Shown piece after piece: positions 48,759-58,491 of a stretch of 64,000 nt of DNA. Position numbers and translations under genes: made by a program. This DNA is from Caulobacterales bacterium (GTDB lineage Bacteria; Pseudomonadota; Alphaproteobacteria; Caulobacterales; Caulobacteraceae): the NCBI GenBank assembly GCA_038323535.1, contig JBBQGZ010000001.1, positions 992 to 64,991 of the forward strand, read 5' to 3'. The first letter of the stretch is position 1, and each line of letters starts with the position of its first letter. The notes under the pieces were generated by a model. It had not been told where the DNA came from and did no database searches. It saw nothing but the letters and a program-made list of their open reading frames with translations.

Positions 48759-51700
48759 ATGGCCACCAAACACCTGAGGGGCACTTACAACGCCGGCTAC
48801 ACGCTGTCCCACGCCTACTCGTTGCTGAAAATCGACGACACCGCCGTGATCAGGGGCTCGGGCGTCTTCGCCGGCGCCCTGGCCAAGGTGTCCAATCGGG
48901 GATTGGTCCTCGCCGGGGCCGGCGGGGATGGCGGCGCTAGCCATTTTCAAGGCCGCGCGGGCGAGACGGGGATCGAGCTCTCCAAAGGCAACCGGGTGGT
49001 CAACTTCGGCACAACCGCCGGCGGCCGCGGCGGGGCCGGGTTCGGGGTTCATGGCGGCGGCTATGCCGGTGACGGCGGCGCCGGAGGCGTCGCGGTTCTC
49101 TTGGGGGCGCTGGGCTCCGTCACCAACCGCAATCTGATCGTCGGCGGGGATGGCGGCGCAGGGGGCGCCGCGGCCCGCGCGCACCAGGGCGCCGGGGGCG
49201 CCGGGGGCCAGGGCGGCGCCGGAATTTCGCTGACCAGTGGCGGCGACGCGATCAACAGTGGCGCGGTGGACGGCGGCGCCGGCGGCGCTGGCGGGTACGG
49301 CTTGCAGGGCGGCGGCGCGGGCGGAGACGGCGGCGCCGGCATCAGCCTGGGGGCCGCGGGAATCTTCACCATCTACAACGGGACGGTCACCGGCGGCCAT
49401 GGTGGAGCGGGGGGCGGCGGCCGTTTCGGGAGCGGGGGCGCGGCCGGCGGCGCGGGCGGAGCGGCCCTGACCGCCACCGCGGACGCGAGGTTGAAGAACA
49501 ACGCCGTGATCGCGGGCGGCGAAGGCGGCGCGGGCGGCGCCGGGGCCGGCAAAGGCTCCGGAGGGGTCGGGGGCATGGGCGGCCAGGGCGTCGTCCTTCG
49601 CGGCGGCGGCTACATCCTCAACAGCGCCTCGATCGTCGGCGGCAACAGCATCACCATTACCGGCGGCCGGGGCGGCGTCGGGGGCGCCGGGGGCTACGGC
49701 GGCGGCGACAGCTATCGCACGAACGGCGGATTCGGCGGCGAAGGCGGGGCGGGGATCGCCCTTGCCGGGGGCGGCGACGTGACCAACCGCTCGACCATCG
49801 AGGGCGGCGCGGGCGGCGCCGGCGGGGAAGGCGGCTCCCGCGCGGGGACCGCCGCCGGCGGCGGGCGCGGCGGTGCGGGAATCGATGTCACCCTGGTCGC
49901 GGCCAGCCTGTCCAACACCGGCCTCATCCAGGGAGGCCGAGGCGGCCTCGGCGGCGACGCCTACGGCGCTTCGACCGCGGCGGGCCATCATCAGACCGCC
50001 GGTAGCGGCGGCGGGGGCGGCGCGGGAATCTATCTTTCGGCCGGCGGCAGCCTGGTCAACAGCGGTTCTATCGTCGGGGGCGTCGGCGGGGACGGCGGCG
50101 TGGGCGCCGGCTTCGCGGGTGGCGGCGACGGCGGCGACGGCGGCGACGGCGTGGTCCTGCGGGCCGGCGCGGCGATCACCAACCGCGGTGTGATCGCCGG
50201 CGGGGCGCGCGGGGGCGGGGGGGCGAGCGGCGCGGGCGGCGCGGGCGGCTCGGCCGGCGCCCAGGGGGCCGGGGTGGTGCTCACCACCGACTGCTACCTC
50301 CTCAACGACGCGGGCGCCGTGATCACGGGCGGGACCGGGGTCTCCGTGACGGGCGCCAACGCCACGGTCACCAACTACGGCACGATCAGCGGCGGCGCCT
50401 ATTCGGTGAAGCTGAACTTCGCCAGGGATGTGCTGATCGCCGGCGCCGGCGCCCAATTCATCGGCGAGATCGCCGGGGGTGGCGGAACCTTCGAACTCAT
50501 CCGCGGCAGCGGCGTGATCAGCGGCCTGGGGGGGACCGGGGCGGTGTCGGGGACGGACTCCGCCACCTTCTCCGGGTTCGGGTCCTACGTCATCGACTCG
50601 GTCGGCTGGACCCTGGCCGGATCCAACCAGCTCTCAAAAGGCCAGAGCCTGACCGACAACGGCATCCTGACCGTCACCGGATCGCTGGGGGTGTCGGCCG
50701 GCGCGATCGTCCTGGTCGGCGCGGGCAATGACCTGACCTTCCGCGGCGGGGGAGACGTCATCGCCGGCACGCTCGGCGGCGCCGGGACGATCAGCTTCGT
50801 CGGCGTGGTCGATACTTTCAACGGGGCCAACCTCGCGGCGGCCGATCTCCAAATCAAGGATTCGACGGTGACGCTGAACGGCGCGATCACCGAGACCCGC
50901 GTCCTGACGGTCATCACCAGCACCCTGACGGTCGGCGCGGGCGGGGCGACGCTCAGAGGCGGCGGGACCATCGCGTTCGGCGACTTTGCGTCCAATCGCA
51001 TCATCGGCGCCTCGGCGGGCGACACCTTGACCAACGTCGACACCACCATCTCCGGGGCCGGGATGCTGGGTGCGGGCCAGATGACGCTGATCAACATGGC
51101 CGGCGGGGTGATCGACGGCAATGGCTCGCGGGCGTTGATCATCGACACCGGGGCGCGCAGCATCACCAACTCCGGATTGATCGAAGCCTCCGGCGCCGGC
51201 GGGGTGACCATCCAGGGCGAGATCCGAAACTCGGGCCTGCTGGAGGCGGTCGGCGGAGTTCTGACCGTGAATGGCGCGGTGAGTGGCGAGGGGAGCGGGA
51301 TCATCGCCGGCGGCGCCCTGGCCTTCAACGGGGCCTTCCACCAGGACGTCGCGTTCAGCGGCGTGTCGGGCGTGCTGCAACTGGCCGATTCCCTGAACTA
51401 CACCGGCACGGTGAGCGGCTTTTCCAAGGTCGGCGCAACCACTCTGGACCTGAGGGATATCAAGTTCGTCGATTCGAGCGAGGCGAGCTTCAGCGGCACG
51501 GGGTCCGGGGGCGTGCTCAGCATCAGCGACGGTGCGCACACCGCCAAGATCGCCCTGGCCGGCGACTACCTGGCCGCGACCTTCGTCGCGGCGAGCGACG
51601 GTCAGGGCGGCGTGACGATCATCGCCACGACCGGCGGCGCATCCGCCCCCCCGCCGAGCGCGCCGCCGCCCCATGCGCCGCCCCCTCACACCTTCATCGC

Positions 51701-51809
51701 CGCCATGGCCGGCTTCGCCGCCACCCCCGCCGGCCTCGCCCATATGGGCGCCCATGGCGACGCCGGGCGGCTGGCCACGTTGTCGGCCCCGAGGATGGCG
51801 ATGGCGTGA
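48759..51809 (+). CDS. Large glycine-rich repeat protein (PGRS-like/beta-helical), probably surface-exported
   Basis: 1016 aa; repeated N.G.I.GG.GG.GG...GG.GG.G(I/V).L units, beta-rich C-half, SDGQGGVTI, Pro-rich linker, FIAAMAGF tail; no obvious signal peptide or beta-barrel. Confidence 0.85.
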   Translation: MATKHLRGTYNAGYTLSHAYSLLKIDDTAVIRGSGVFAGALAKVSNRGLVLAGAGGDGGASHFQGRAGETGIELSKGNRVVNFGTTAGGRGGAGFGVHGGGYAGDGGAGGVAVLLGALGSVTNRNLIVGGDGGAGGAAARAHQGAGGAGGQGGAGISLTSGGDAINSGAVDGGAGGAGGYGLQGGGAGGDGGAGISLGAAGIFTIYNGTVTGGHGGAGGGGRFGSGGAAGGAGGAALTATADARLKNNAVIAGGEGGAGGAGAGKGSGGVGGMGGQGVVLRGGGYILNSASIVGGNSITITGGRGGVGGAGGYGGGDSYRTNGGFGGEGGAGIALAGGGDVTNRSTIEGGAGGAGGEGGSRAGTAAGGGRGGAGIDVTLVAASLSNTGLIQGGRGGLGGDAYGASTAAGHHQTAGSGGGGGAGIYLSAGGSLVNSGSIVGGVGGDGGVGAGFAGGGDGGDGGDGVVLRAGAAITNRGVIAGGARGGGGASGAGGAGGSAGAQGAGVVLTTDCYLLNDAGAVITGGTGVSVTGANATVTNYGTISGGAYSVKLNFARDVLIAGAGAQFIGEIAGGGGTFELIRGSGVISGLGGTGAVSGTDSATFSGFGSYVIDSVGWTLAGSNQLSKGQSLTDNGILTVTGSLGVSAGAIVLVGAGNDLTFRGGGDVIAGTLGGAGTISFVGVVDTFNGANLAAADLQIKDSTVTLNGAITETRVLTVITSTLTVGAGGATLRGGGTIAFGDFASNRIIGASAGDTLTNVDTTISGAGMLGAGQMTLINMAGGVIDGNGSRALIIDTGARSITNSGLIEASGAGGVTIQGEIRNSGLLEAVGGVLTVNGAVSGEGSGIIAGGALAFNGAFHQDVAFSGVSGVLQLADSLNYTGTVSGFSKVGATTLDLRDIKFVDSSEASFSGTGSGGVLSISDGAHTAKIALAGDYLAATFVAASDGQGGVTIIATTGGASAPPPSAPPPHAPPPHTFIAAMAGFAATPAGLAHMGAHGDAGRLATLSAPRMAMA

Positions 51810-51832
51810 CGGGCGTTACCTCGGCGCCCCGC

Positions 51833-51862
51833 TTGACACACCAACCCATCGAGGGTCAGAAC
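51833..51862 (+). promoter_or_regulatory. Promoter-like motif shared by array genes
   Basis: TTGACA-N17-TCAGAAC here and at 54482-54511, 55722-55751 and 57199-57228. Confidence 0.6.
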
Positions 51863-51922
51863 AGGCTCGGCCCGCCGTTAGGACTGGATGAAGAGAGGGG
51901 CCAAGTTACGGATTGAGATTCC

Positions 51923-53023
51923 ATGTCGAAGAGTGTTACTTTCCACGTCGGTTTACCGAAGACTGGAACGACGACTATTCAAAGATACTTGCGCGGTCAG
52001 GAGGGAAAGCTTCGCTCTCTCGGTTTCCTTTATCCAGGTCCGCGGGAGCACCCAGCGATGGGTCGAGCCAGACATACCGTGATGATGAGCGCCATGGTTC
52101 GAAAACCGACCGCCCAGTCGGAAGGCTTGGATCTGCAGGCGTGTAGGGAGGCGGTGGCGTCGGTCTTTGAGAAATTCGAGAAATCCGGCCTGGAAAATCT
52201 AATCTGGTCCTGTGAAGGGATGGCGTCCCGCGCGCGGGCCTGGGACGAAGAATACCTTGGGCAGATCTTGGACGGCTTCGATGTGCGGGTCGTATTCTTC
52301 GCCAGATACCTGGACGATTGGGTCGAGTCGCTGATCAAGGAACGCATCCGGGGCCGGAGCAAGTCGGCGGCGGAGCGGCTGTCCCAAAAGCCGCTGGCGC
52401 CGCTTTCGCCACAACCGGGCGCGGCGGAGGCCACGTCGGCCCGCGAGCGACGCAGCATGGTCGAGAAGGGCGCCAATATCGTCGATGATCTGCGGACTAT
52501 GCGGAGCAAACTGCCCTTCGCCGAGGTCGTCGTTGGATCGTTCGATACGAATCGTGAAACGGGAACCGTCGTATCGGGCGTCATGGCGGCCATGGGCATC
52601 CCGGTCGAAGGGGCCTTCCCGGACGCCGATGACGAAGCCGAGGTCAGGAACTCGACGAAATCGGACCTGTACAGCATGCTGCTCTATCACTTGATAGTGG
52701 CCGAGGCCGGAGTGGATGTCATCCGCGCCGTCGGCGCCGCGGGCAGAACCAGGGACCGCCGAGGCGTGAAGTTCGAACCGCTCAGCGGTCGCCGCTTCCG
52801 CTTCCTCTCGGACGAAGATGTAGTGCAGGCTCGCGCCTACTACGATGAGCTGCGGCGGGAATACCCCGATCTTCCGGCGCAGCCGCCGTATGTGTCCAGG
52901 CCGGCCGAAAGATACCTGCCCAGAGAGGATGGCGTGGCGGTGCTGGACTGGCTGCGGCCGGATATTTCGGACGCCACCTTCGACAAGGCGCGCGCCGCCT
53001 ATCCCGCCGATCCGAGAGCCTGA
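51923..53023 (+). CDS. Sulfotransferase-fold (P-loop) protein, array copy 1 (subtype A)
   Basis: HVGLPKTGTTTIQ (5'PSB-like), LIWSCE, FFARYLDDWVES (3'PB-like R..S). Confidence 0.75.
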   Translation: MSKSVTFHVGLPKTGTTTIQRYLRGQEGKLRSLGFLYPGPREHPAMGRARHTVMMSAMVRKPTAQSEGLDLQACREAVASVFEKFEKSGLENLIWSCEGMASRARAWDEEYLGQILDGFDVRVVFFARYLDDWVESLIKERIRGRSKSAAERLSQKPLAPLSPQPGAAEATSARERRSMVEKGANIVDDLRTMRSKLPFAEVVVGSFDTNRETGTVVSGVMAAMGIPVEGAFPDADDEAEVRNSTKSDLYSMLLYHLIVAEAGVDVIRAVGAAGRTRDRRGVKFEPLSGRRFRFLSDEDVVQARAYYDELRREYPDLPAQPPYVSRPAERYLPREDGVAVLDWLRPDISDATFDKARAAYPADPRA

Positions 53024-53138
53024 CGGGAAGGCCCGCCACGCGTCGGGCGGACGAGCGTCAAGGCCGGGAATCGGGTCTAAAGATCCGTCAGGGAATAGAT
53101 GATCGCAAATGCCGTTGTGTCGGAACCGCCCTTTGAAA

Positions 53139-53230
53139 CGCCAAGTCGCCAAGGAGCCAAGAAGACAGAACGGCGCTTCGCGCCAAGGCGTTGATTTTCA
53201 CCGGTCTCTTGGCTTCTTGGCGTCTTGGCG
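53139..53230. repeat. Inverted repeat built from three GCCAAG units per arm
   Basis: CGCCAAGTCGCCAAGGAGCCAAGA (53139-53162) and TCTTGGCTTCTTGGCGTCTTGGCG (53207-53230), 22/24 complementary. Confidence 0.8.
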
Positions 53231-53323
53231 GTTGATAGGCTCGACCGAACATCGCCGCGAGCGCCCGGTTGACGACGATTCATTTATTCCTTGACGGGCC
53301 TTAAGATCAAAGGTTGAGCTGTA

Positions 53324-54427
53324 ATGTCGAAACGCGTCACCTTTCATGTCGGGCTCCATAAGACGGGATCCTCGACCATTCAACAGTATTTGCGAGATCA
53401 CGACGAGAAGCTTCGGTCGTTCGGCTGCCTTTATCCAGGGCCGCGCGAACACGAGGCCATGAACCCGCGGAGAAACCACCCGTTGATGTTCATCGCCATG
53501 ACCCGGCTGATGACGGCCCCGTCGGAAGGCCTGGATCTGGCGGGCTGCAGGGAGGTGGTCGCGCGGGTCTTCGAGGAATTTCGCGGGTCCGATCTCGAGA
53601 ACCTGATCTGGTCCTATGAAGCGATGGCGCTCACCGCCCGCGCCTGGGATGCGGACTATCTGGAGCGGATCCTGGGCGGCGTCGATGTGCGCATCGTCTT
53701 CTTCGCCAGATACACGGACGACTGGATCGAGTCGCTCTACAAGGAACTCGTCCGGGCCCGGAGCGGCGCGCGGGCGGAAAGATTCTACGCAAAACCGATG
53801 CCGCCGATCGCGCCGCTCCCGCGGAAGGATGTGGGCTTCGGGACGCGACCGGTGGAAAGCCTGATGGAGCAGGGGGCCAGGATCGGCGACGCCCTGCGGA
53901 TCATGCGAAACAAATTGCCCTCGGCCGAAATCGTGGTTCGATCGTTCGACGCCAATCGTGAGGCGGGAAAAGTCGTATCGGGCGCCTTGGCCGCCATGGG
54001 CGTTCCGGTGGAAAGCGCCTTCCCGGACGCCGACGCCGAGGCCGGGGTCAAGAACCCGACGAAATCGGACCTCTACAGCATGCTGCTCTATCATCTGATC
54101 ATGGCGCGGGCCGGGGTGGAGGTGATCAGCGCCGTCCACGCCGCGGGCCGCAAGAGGGACCGGAAAGGTCAGAAGTTCGAACCGCTCGGCGGTCGCCGCT
54201 TCCGCTTCCTCTCCGACGAGGACGCCATCCGCGCGCGCGGTTGCTACGAAGAATTGCGCCAGGAATATCCCGACCTTCCGGCGCAGCCGCCGTTTGTATC
54301 GAAGCCAGCCGAAAGATATCTGGCCAGGGATGAAGGGGTCGCGCTGCTGGACTGGCTGCGGCCGGATATTTCGGACCCCATCTTCGACAAGGCGTGCGCG
54401 GCCTACCCGGCGGATTCGAGAGGCTGA
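53324..54427 (+). CDS. Sulfotransferase-fold protein, array copy 2 (subtype B)
   Basis: HVGLHKTGSSTIQ, LIWSYE, FFARYTDDWIES. Confidence 0.75.
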   Translation: MSKRVTFHVGLHKTGSSTIQQYLRDHDEKLRSFGCLYPGPREHEAMNPRRNHPLMFIAMTRLMTAPSEGLDLAGCREVVARVFEEFRGSDLENLIWSYEAMALTARAWDADYLERILGGVDVRIVFFARYTDDWIESLYKELVRARSGARAERFYAKPMPPIAPLPRKDVGFGTRPVESLMEQGARIGDALRIMRNKLPSAEIVVRSFDANREAGKVVSGALAAMGVPVESAFPDADAEAGVKNPTKSDLYSMLLYHLIMARAGVEVISAVHAAGRKRDRKGQKFEPLGGRRFRFLSDEDAIRARGCYEELRQEYPDLPAQPPFVSKPAERYLARDEGVALLDWLRPDISDPIFDKACAAYPADSRG

Positions 54428-54571
54428 ACGGAACGCCCGCGCCGCGGCCCTCGATCGGCCCGGACCACCGCCGCCGACCCCTTGACATGCCAGCCCGTCA
54501 AGGATCAGAACGGCCGCCGTCCCCATTTATAACTGCCTAGGAACGGGGTTCACGCCGAAGGTCGGGCCGCG

Positions 54572-55666
54572 ATGTCGAAACGTGTCACACTCCATGCGGG
54601 ACTGCCGAAGACTGGCACCACCACTATTCAAAGATACTTGCGGAGTCAGGACGAAAAACTTCGCTCCCTCGGATTCCTTTATCCAGGCGCGCGTGAGCAC
54701 GAGGCCATGCGGCCACACAAGCATCACCTGATGATCAACGCCATGGTGGGAAACGCGAAGTCCCGGTCGGAAGGCCTGGATTTGCAAGGCTGCCGGGAGG
54801 TGGTGGGGCGGGTCTTCGAGGAATTCCACCGATCCGATCTGGAAAACCTGATCTGGTCTTATGAAGGCATGGCGCTCGCGGCGCGCAATTGGGATGCCGA
54901 ATACCTGGAGCGGATCCTGGCCGGCGCCGAGGTGCGTATCGTGTTCTTCGCGAGATATGTCGACGACTGGGTCGAGTCGCTGGTCAAGGAACGGATTCGC
55001 GGCCGGCGCGGGCAGCACGCGGAGAGCCTGACCGGCAAACCGCTGACGCTGGCCCCGCTGCCGGCGGCGGCCGATGGCGAGGCGGCGCAAACGGGCCGGA
55101 GCATGCTCGAAAAGGGGGCCAAGATCGTCAAGGCCGTGCGGGTTATGCGTCACAAACTGCCCTCGGCCGAAATTGTCGCGCTTTCATTCGACGAACATCG
55201 CGGGAAGGGAAAACTCGTATCGGGCGCATTGGCGGCGATGGGGGTTCCGGAAGGGGCCTTCCCGGACGCCGATGACGAGGCCGGGGTCAAGAACCCGACG
55301 AAATCGGACCTGCACAGCATGCTGCTCTACCATCTGGTGCTGGGACGGGCCCAAGGGGAAGTCATCCACGCGGTCGGCGCCGCCGGCGCGATGCGAGACA
55401 AGCTCGGCCGCGAATACGAACCGCTCGCCGGCCGCCGCTTCCGCTTCCTCTCGGACGACAACATCATCCAGGCCCGCGGCTACTACGAAGAGCTGCGCCA
55501 GGACTATCCCGATCTGCCGGCGCAGCCGCCCTATGTCTCCAGGCCGGCCGAACGGCGCCTGTCGAGAGATGAAGGTGTCGCGGTGCTGGACTGGCTGCGG
55601 CCGGATATTTCGGACGCCGTCTTCGATGAGGCCTGCGCCGCCTACCCCGCGGATCCGCAAGCCTGA
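54572..55666 (+). CDS. Sulfotransferase-fold protein, array copy 3 (subtype C)
   Basis: HAGLPKTGTTTIQ, LIWSYE, FFARYVDDWVES. Confidence 0.75.
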   Translation: MSKRVTLHAGLPKTGTTTIQRYLRSQDEKLRSLGFLYPGAREHEAMRPHKHHLMINAMVGNAKSRSEGLDLQGCREVVGRVFEEFHRSDLENLIWSYEGMALAARNWDAEYLERILAGAEVRIVFFARYVDDWVESLVKERIRGRRGQHAESLTGKPLTLAPLPAAADGEAAQTGRSMLEKGAKIVKAVRVMRHKLPSAEIVALSFDEHRGKGKLVSGALAAMGVPEGAFPDADDEAGVKNPTKSDLHSMLLYHLVLGRAQGEVIHAVGAAGAMRDKLGREYEPLAGRRFRFLSDDNIIQARGYYEELRQDYPDLPAQPPYVSRPAERRLSRDEGVAVLDWLRPDISDAVFDEACAAYPADPQA

Positions 55667-55826
55667 CCACAGGGCCCGCGACCAGGGCGCTGGCCCCATC
55701 GCGAGGCGGCGGCGCGACCGCTTGACAGGCCGAGCAATCAGCAATCAGAACAGAGCCGGAGTTCCCCTATGACCGCGCGACGCCTAGCGTGCCGCGGAAG
55801 GGAGTCACGTCACGGATTGAGCCGCC

Positions 55827-56951
55827 ATGCCGAAGAGTGTCTGTTTTCATGTGGGCCTTCCGAAGACGGGCACCACCACTATCCAAAGATATCTAAGGGG
55901 CCAGTACGAGAAACTTCGCTCTCTGGGCTTTCTTTATCCGGGTCTAGGGGAACACCCGGCGATGCACCTGCCAAGACATACCTTGATGATGAGCGCCATG
56001 ATCGGGAAGGCGACGGCCCAGTCGGAAGTCCTGGACCTGAAGGCCTGCAGGGAGGCGATTGCGATGGTCTTCAAGAAATTTCACGAATCCGATCTGGAAA
56101 ATCTGCTTTGGTCTTGCGAAGGGATGGGGCTGACCGCGCGCATCTGGGATGCGGAATACCTGGAGAGAATCCTGGAAGGCGTCGATGTGCGCATCGTGTT
56201 CTTCGCGAGGTACGTGGACGACTGGGTCGAGTCATATGTCAAGGAACGTATCCGGGGCCGGAGCAAATCAGGAGCGGAAAGGCTTTCCAAAAAGCCGCTG
56301 CCGCCGCTTGCTCCGCTAGCGGGGGTGGCCGAGGGTTCGGCGGCCCGGTCGCGTGAAAGCGTGCTCGAGAAAGGGGCCAAGTTCACGGAAGCCTTGCGGA
56401 TCATGCGGAACAAGGCGCCCTCGGCAGAGATCGTCGTTCGATCCTTCGACGCGGATCGCGCCAAGGGAAGAGTCGTCTCCGGCGCCCTGGAGGCCATGGG
56501 CGTCCCGGTCGGAGGGAACTTTCCGGACGCCGATGATGAGGCCGGGGTCAAGAACTCGACGAAATCGGACCTGTACAGCATGCTGCTCTATCATTTGATA
56601 ACGGCGCAGGCGGGGGTGGATGTCATCCGCGCCGTCGGGGCCGCGGGCAGAACGAGGGACCGCCGGGGCGTGAAGTACGAACCGCTCGGCGACCGCCGCT
56701 TCCGCTTCCTCTCGGACGAGAATGTGATCGAGGCTCGCGGCTATTACGAAGAGCTCCGCGAGGAATATCCCGACCTTCCGGCGCAACCCCCGTTTGTATC
56801 CAGACCGGCCGAACGATACCTGCCCAGGGACGAGGGCGTCGCGGTGCTGGACTGGCTGCGGCCGGATATCTCGGACGCCACCTTCGACAAGGCGTGCGCC
56901 GCCTACCCGGCGGATCCGGGGGGGCCGAGCGGAACGCCGGCTCAGGTTTGA
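55827..56951 (+). CDS. Sulfotransferase-fold protein, array copy 4 (subtype A)
   Basis: HVGLPKTGTTTIQ, LLWSCE, FFARYVDDWVES. Confidence 0.75.
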   Translation: MPKSVCFHVGLPKTGTTTIQRYLRGQYEKLRSLGFLYPGLGEHPAMHLPRHTLMMSAMIGKATAQSEVLDLKACREAIAMVFKKFHESDLENLLWSCEGMGLTARIWDAEYLERILEGVDVRIVFFARYVDDWVESYVKERIRGRSKSGAERLSKKPLPPLAPLAGVAEGSAARSRESVLEKGAKFTEALRIMRNKAPSAEIVVRSFDADRAKGRVVSGALEAMGVPVGGNFPDADDEAGVKNSTKSDLYSMLLYHLITAQAGVDVIRAVGAAGRTRDRRGVKYEPLGDRRFRFLSDENVIEARGYYEELREEYPDLPAQPPFVSRPAERYLPRDEGVAVLDWLRPDISDATFDKACAAYPADPGGPSGTPAQV

Positions 56952-56964
56952 AGTCGGAGCTGAG

Positions 56965-57249
56965 GTGTCAAAGCGTGTCGTCTTTCATGTCGGCCTTCCC
57001 AAGACGGGAACGACGACCATTCAACACTATTTGCGGAGCCAGGATGAGAAGCTCCAATCTTTCGGCATCCTCTATCCGGGCTCCCGGGAGCACGAGGCGA
57101 TGGAGTCGCACAAACATGACCCGATGTTGAACGCGCTCGGGCCAACGTCAACGGCGGCCGGATATCGGGCGGGCGCGGCTTCTGGCGTCGCCGGCCCCTT
57201 GACACGCCAGCCCGTCGAGGATCAGAACGGCCGCCGTCCCCATTTATAA
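56965..57249 (+). pseudogene. Truncated array copy 5 (N-terminal ~57 aa only)
   Basis: VSKRVVFHVGLPKTGTTTIQHYLRSQDEKL...HDPMLNAL, then homology ends near 57135 and the frame runs into the copy 6 upstream region. Confidence 0.85.
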
Positions 57250-57288
57250 CTGCCTAGGAACGGGGTTCACGTCAAAGGTCGCGCCGCG

Positions 57289-58380
57289 ATGTCGAAGGTT
57301 GTCACATTCCACGTTGGACTTCCAAAGACTGGCACGACAACTATTCAAAAATACTTGAGGAGCCAAGACGAAAAACTTCGCTCTCTCGGAATCCTCTATC
57401 CCGGCGCGCGTGAGCACGAGGCTCTGCGTCCCCCCAAGCATTCCGTGATGATCAACGCCATGAAGGGAAGGGTGACGGCGCCGTGCGGGGGCCTCGACCT
57501 CAAGACTTGCCGGGAGGTGGTCGAGCGGGTCTTCGAGGAATTCCACAAGTCCGATCTGGAAAACCTGATCTGGTCCTGTGAAGGGATATTGCTCGCGGCG
57601 AAAATTTGGGATGCCGAATACCTGGAGCGGATTTTGGCCGGCGCCGAGGTGCGCATCGTGTTCTTCGCCAGGTACATCGACGATTGGATCGAGTCGCTGA
57701 TCAAGGAACGGATTCGCGGGAGCAGCGGGTCTCGCCAAAGTGTTTCTCCGGTGAAGCGGCTGAAGATCGCTCCGTCGCCGGACGCGGCCGACGGCGCGGC
57801 GCAAACGGGCAGGAGTGTGCTCGATCACGGCGCCAAGATCGTCAAGGCCGCGCGGGCCATGCGCGAAAAGGCGCCTTCGGCCGAGATCGTCGCCCGCTCG
57901 TTCGATGCGGATCGGGCCAAGCGGAAGCTCGTGTCCGGCGCTTTGGCGGCTATGGGGGTTCCGGAAGGCGCCTTCCCGGACGCCGATGATGAAGCCGGGG
58001 TCAAGAACCCGACGAAATCGGACCTGTACAGCATGCTGCTCTATCATTTGATAACGGCGCAGGCGGGGGTGGATGTCATCCGCGCCGTCGGGGCCGCGGG
58101 CAAAAACAGGGACCGCCGGGGCATGAAGTATGAACCGCTCGGCGACCGCCGCTTCCGCTTCCTTTCGGACGAGAATGTGATCGAGGCTCGCGGCTATTAC
58201 GAAGAGCTCCGCGAGGAATATCCCGACCTTCCAGCGCAACCCCCGTTCGTATCCAGGCCGGCCGAACGGCGCCTGCCCAGGGACGAAGGCGTCGCGGTGC
58301 TGGACTGGCTGCGGCCGGATATCTCGGACGCCACCTTCGACAAGGCGTGCGCCGCCTACCCGGCGGATCCGGGAGGCTGA
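57289..58380 (+). CDS. Sulfotransferase-fold protein, array copy 6 (C/A chimera)
   Basis: HVGLPKTGTTTIQ, LIWSCE, FFARYIDDWIES; N-half like copy 3, C-third like copy 4. Confidence 0.75.
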   Translation: MSKVVTFHVGLPKTGTTTIQKYLRSQDEKLRSLGILYPGAREHEALRPPKHSVMINAMKGRVTAPCGGLDLKTCREVVERVFEEFHKSDLENLIWSCEGILLAAKIWDAEYLERILAGAEVRIVFFARYIDDWIESLIKERIRGSSGSRQSVSPVKRLKIAPSPDAADGAAQTGRSVLDHGAKIVKAARAMREKAPSAEIVARSFDADRAKRKLVSGALAAMGVPEGAFPDADDEAGVKNPTKSDLYSMLLYHLITAQAGVDVIRAVGAAGKNRDRRGMKYEPLGDRRFRFLSDENVIEARGYYEELREEYPDLPAQPPFVSRPAERRLPRDEGVAVLDWLRPDISDATFDKACAAYPADPGG

Positions 58381-58491
58381 TTGGAACGCCCGCCACTCGC
58401 CGGCCAGGCTGGCTCAACGCCGGTGCGATGAATCGCTCGGGCGGCGACCGGCGCCGCTGATGTCGGGATTTACGTCAAGGGTCGAGCTGTA

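Noticed and set aside
48375-48759. Short ORFs upstream of the glycine-rich gene
   Set aside because: No recognisable motifs and mutually overlapping frames; more likely AT-rich regulatory DNA.
48900-50300. CRISPR-like or satellite repeat from recurring GGCGGC units
   Set aside because: These are Gly codons within one long ORF; no constant repeat-spacer periodicity and no cas genes.
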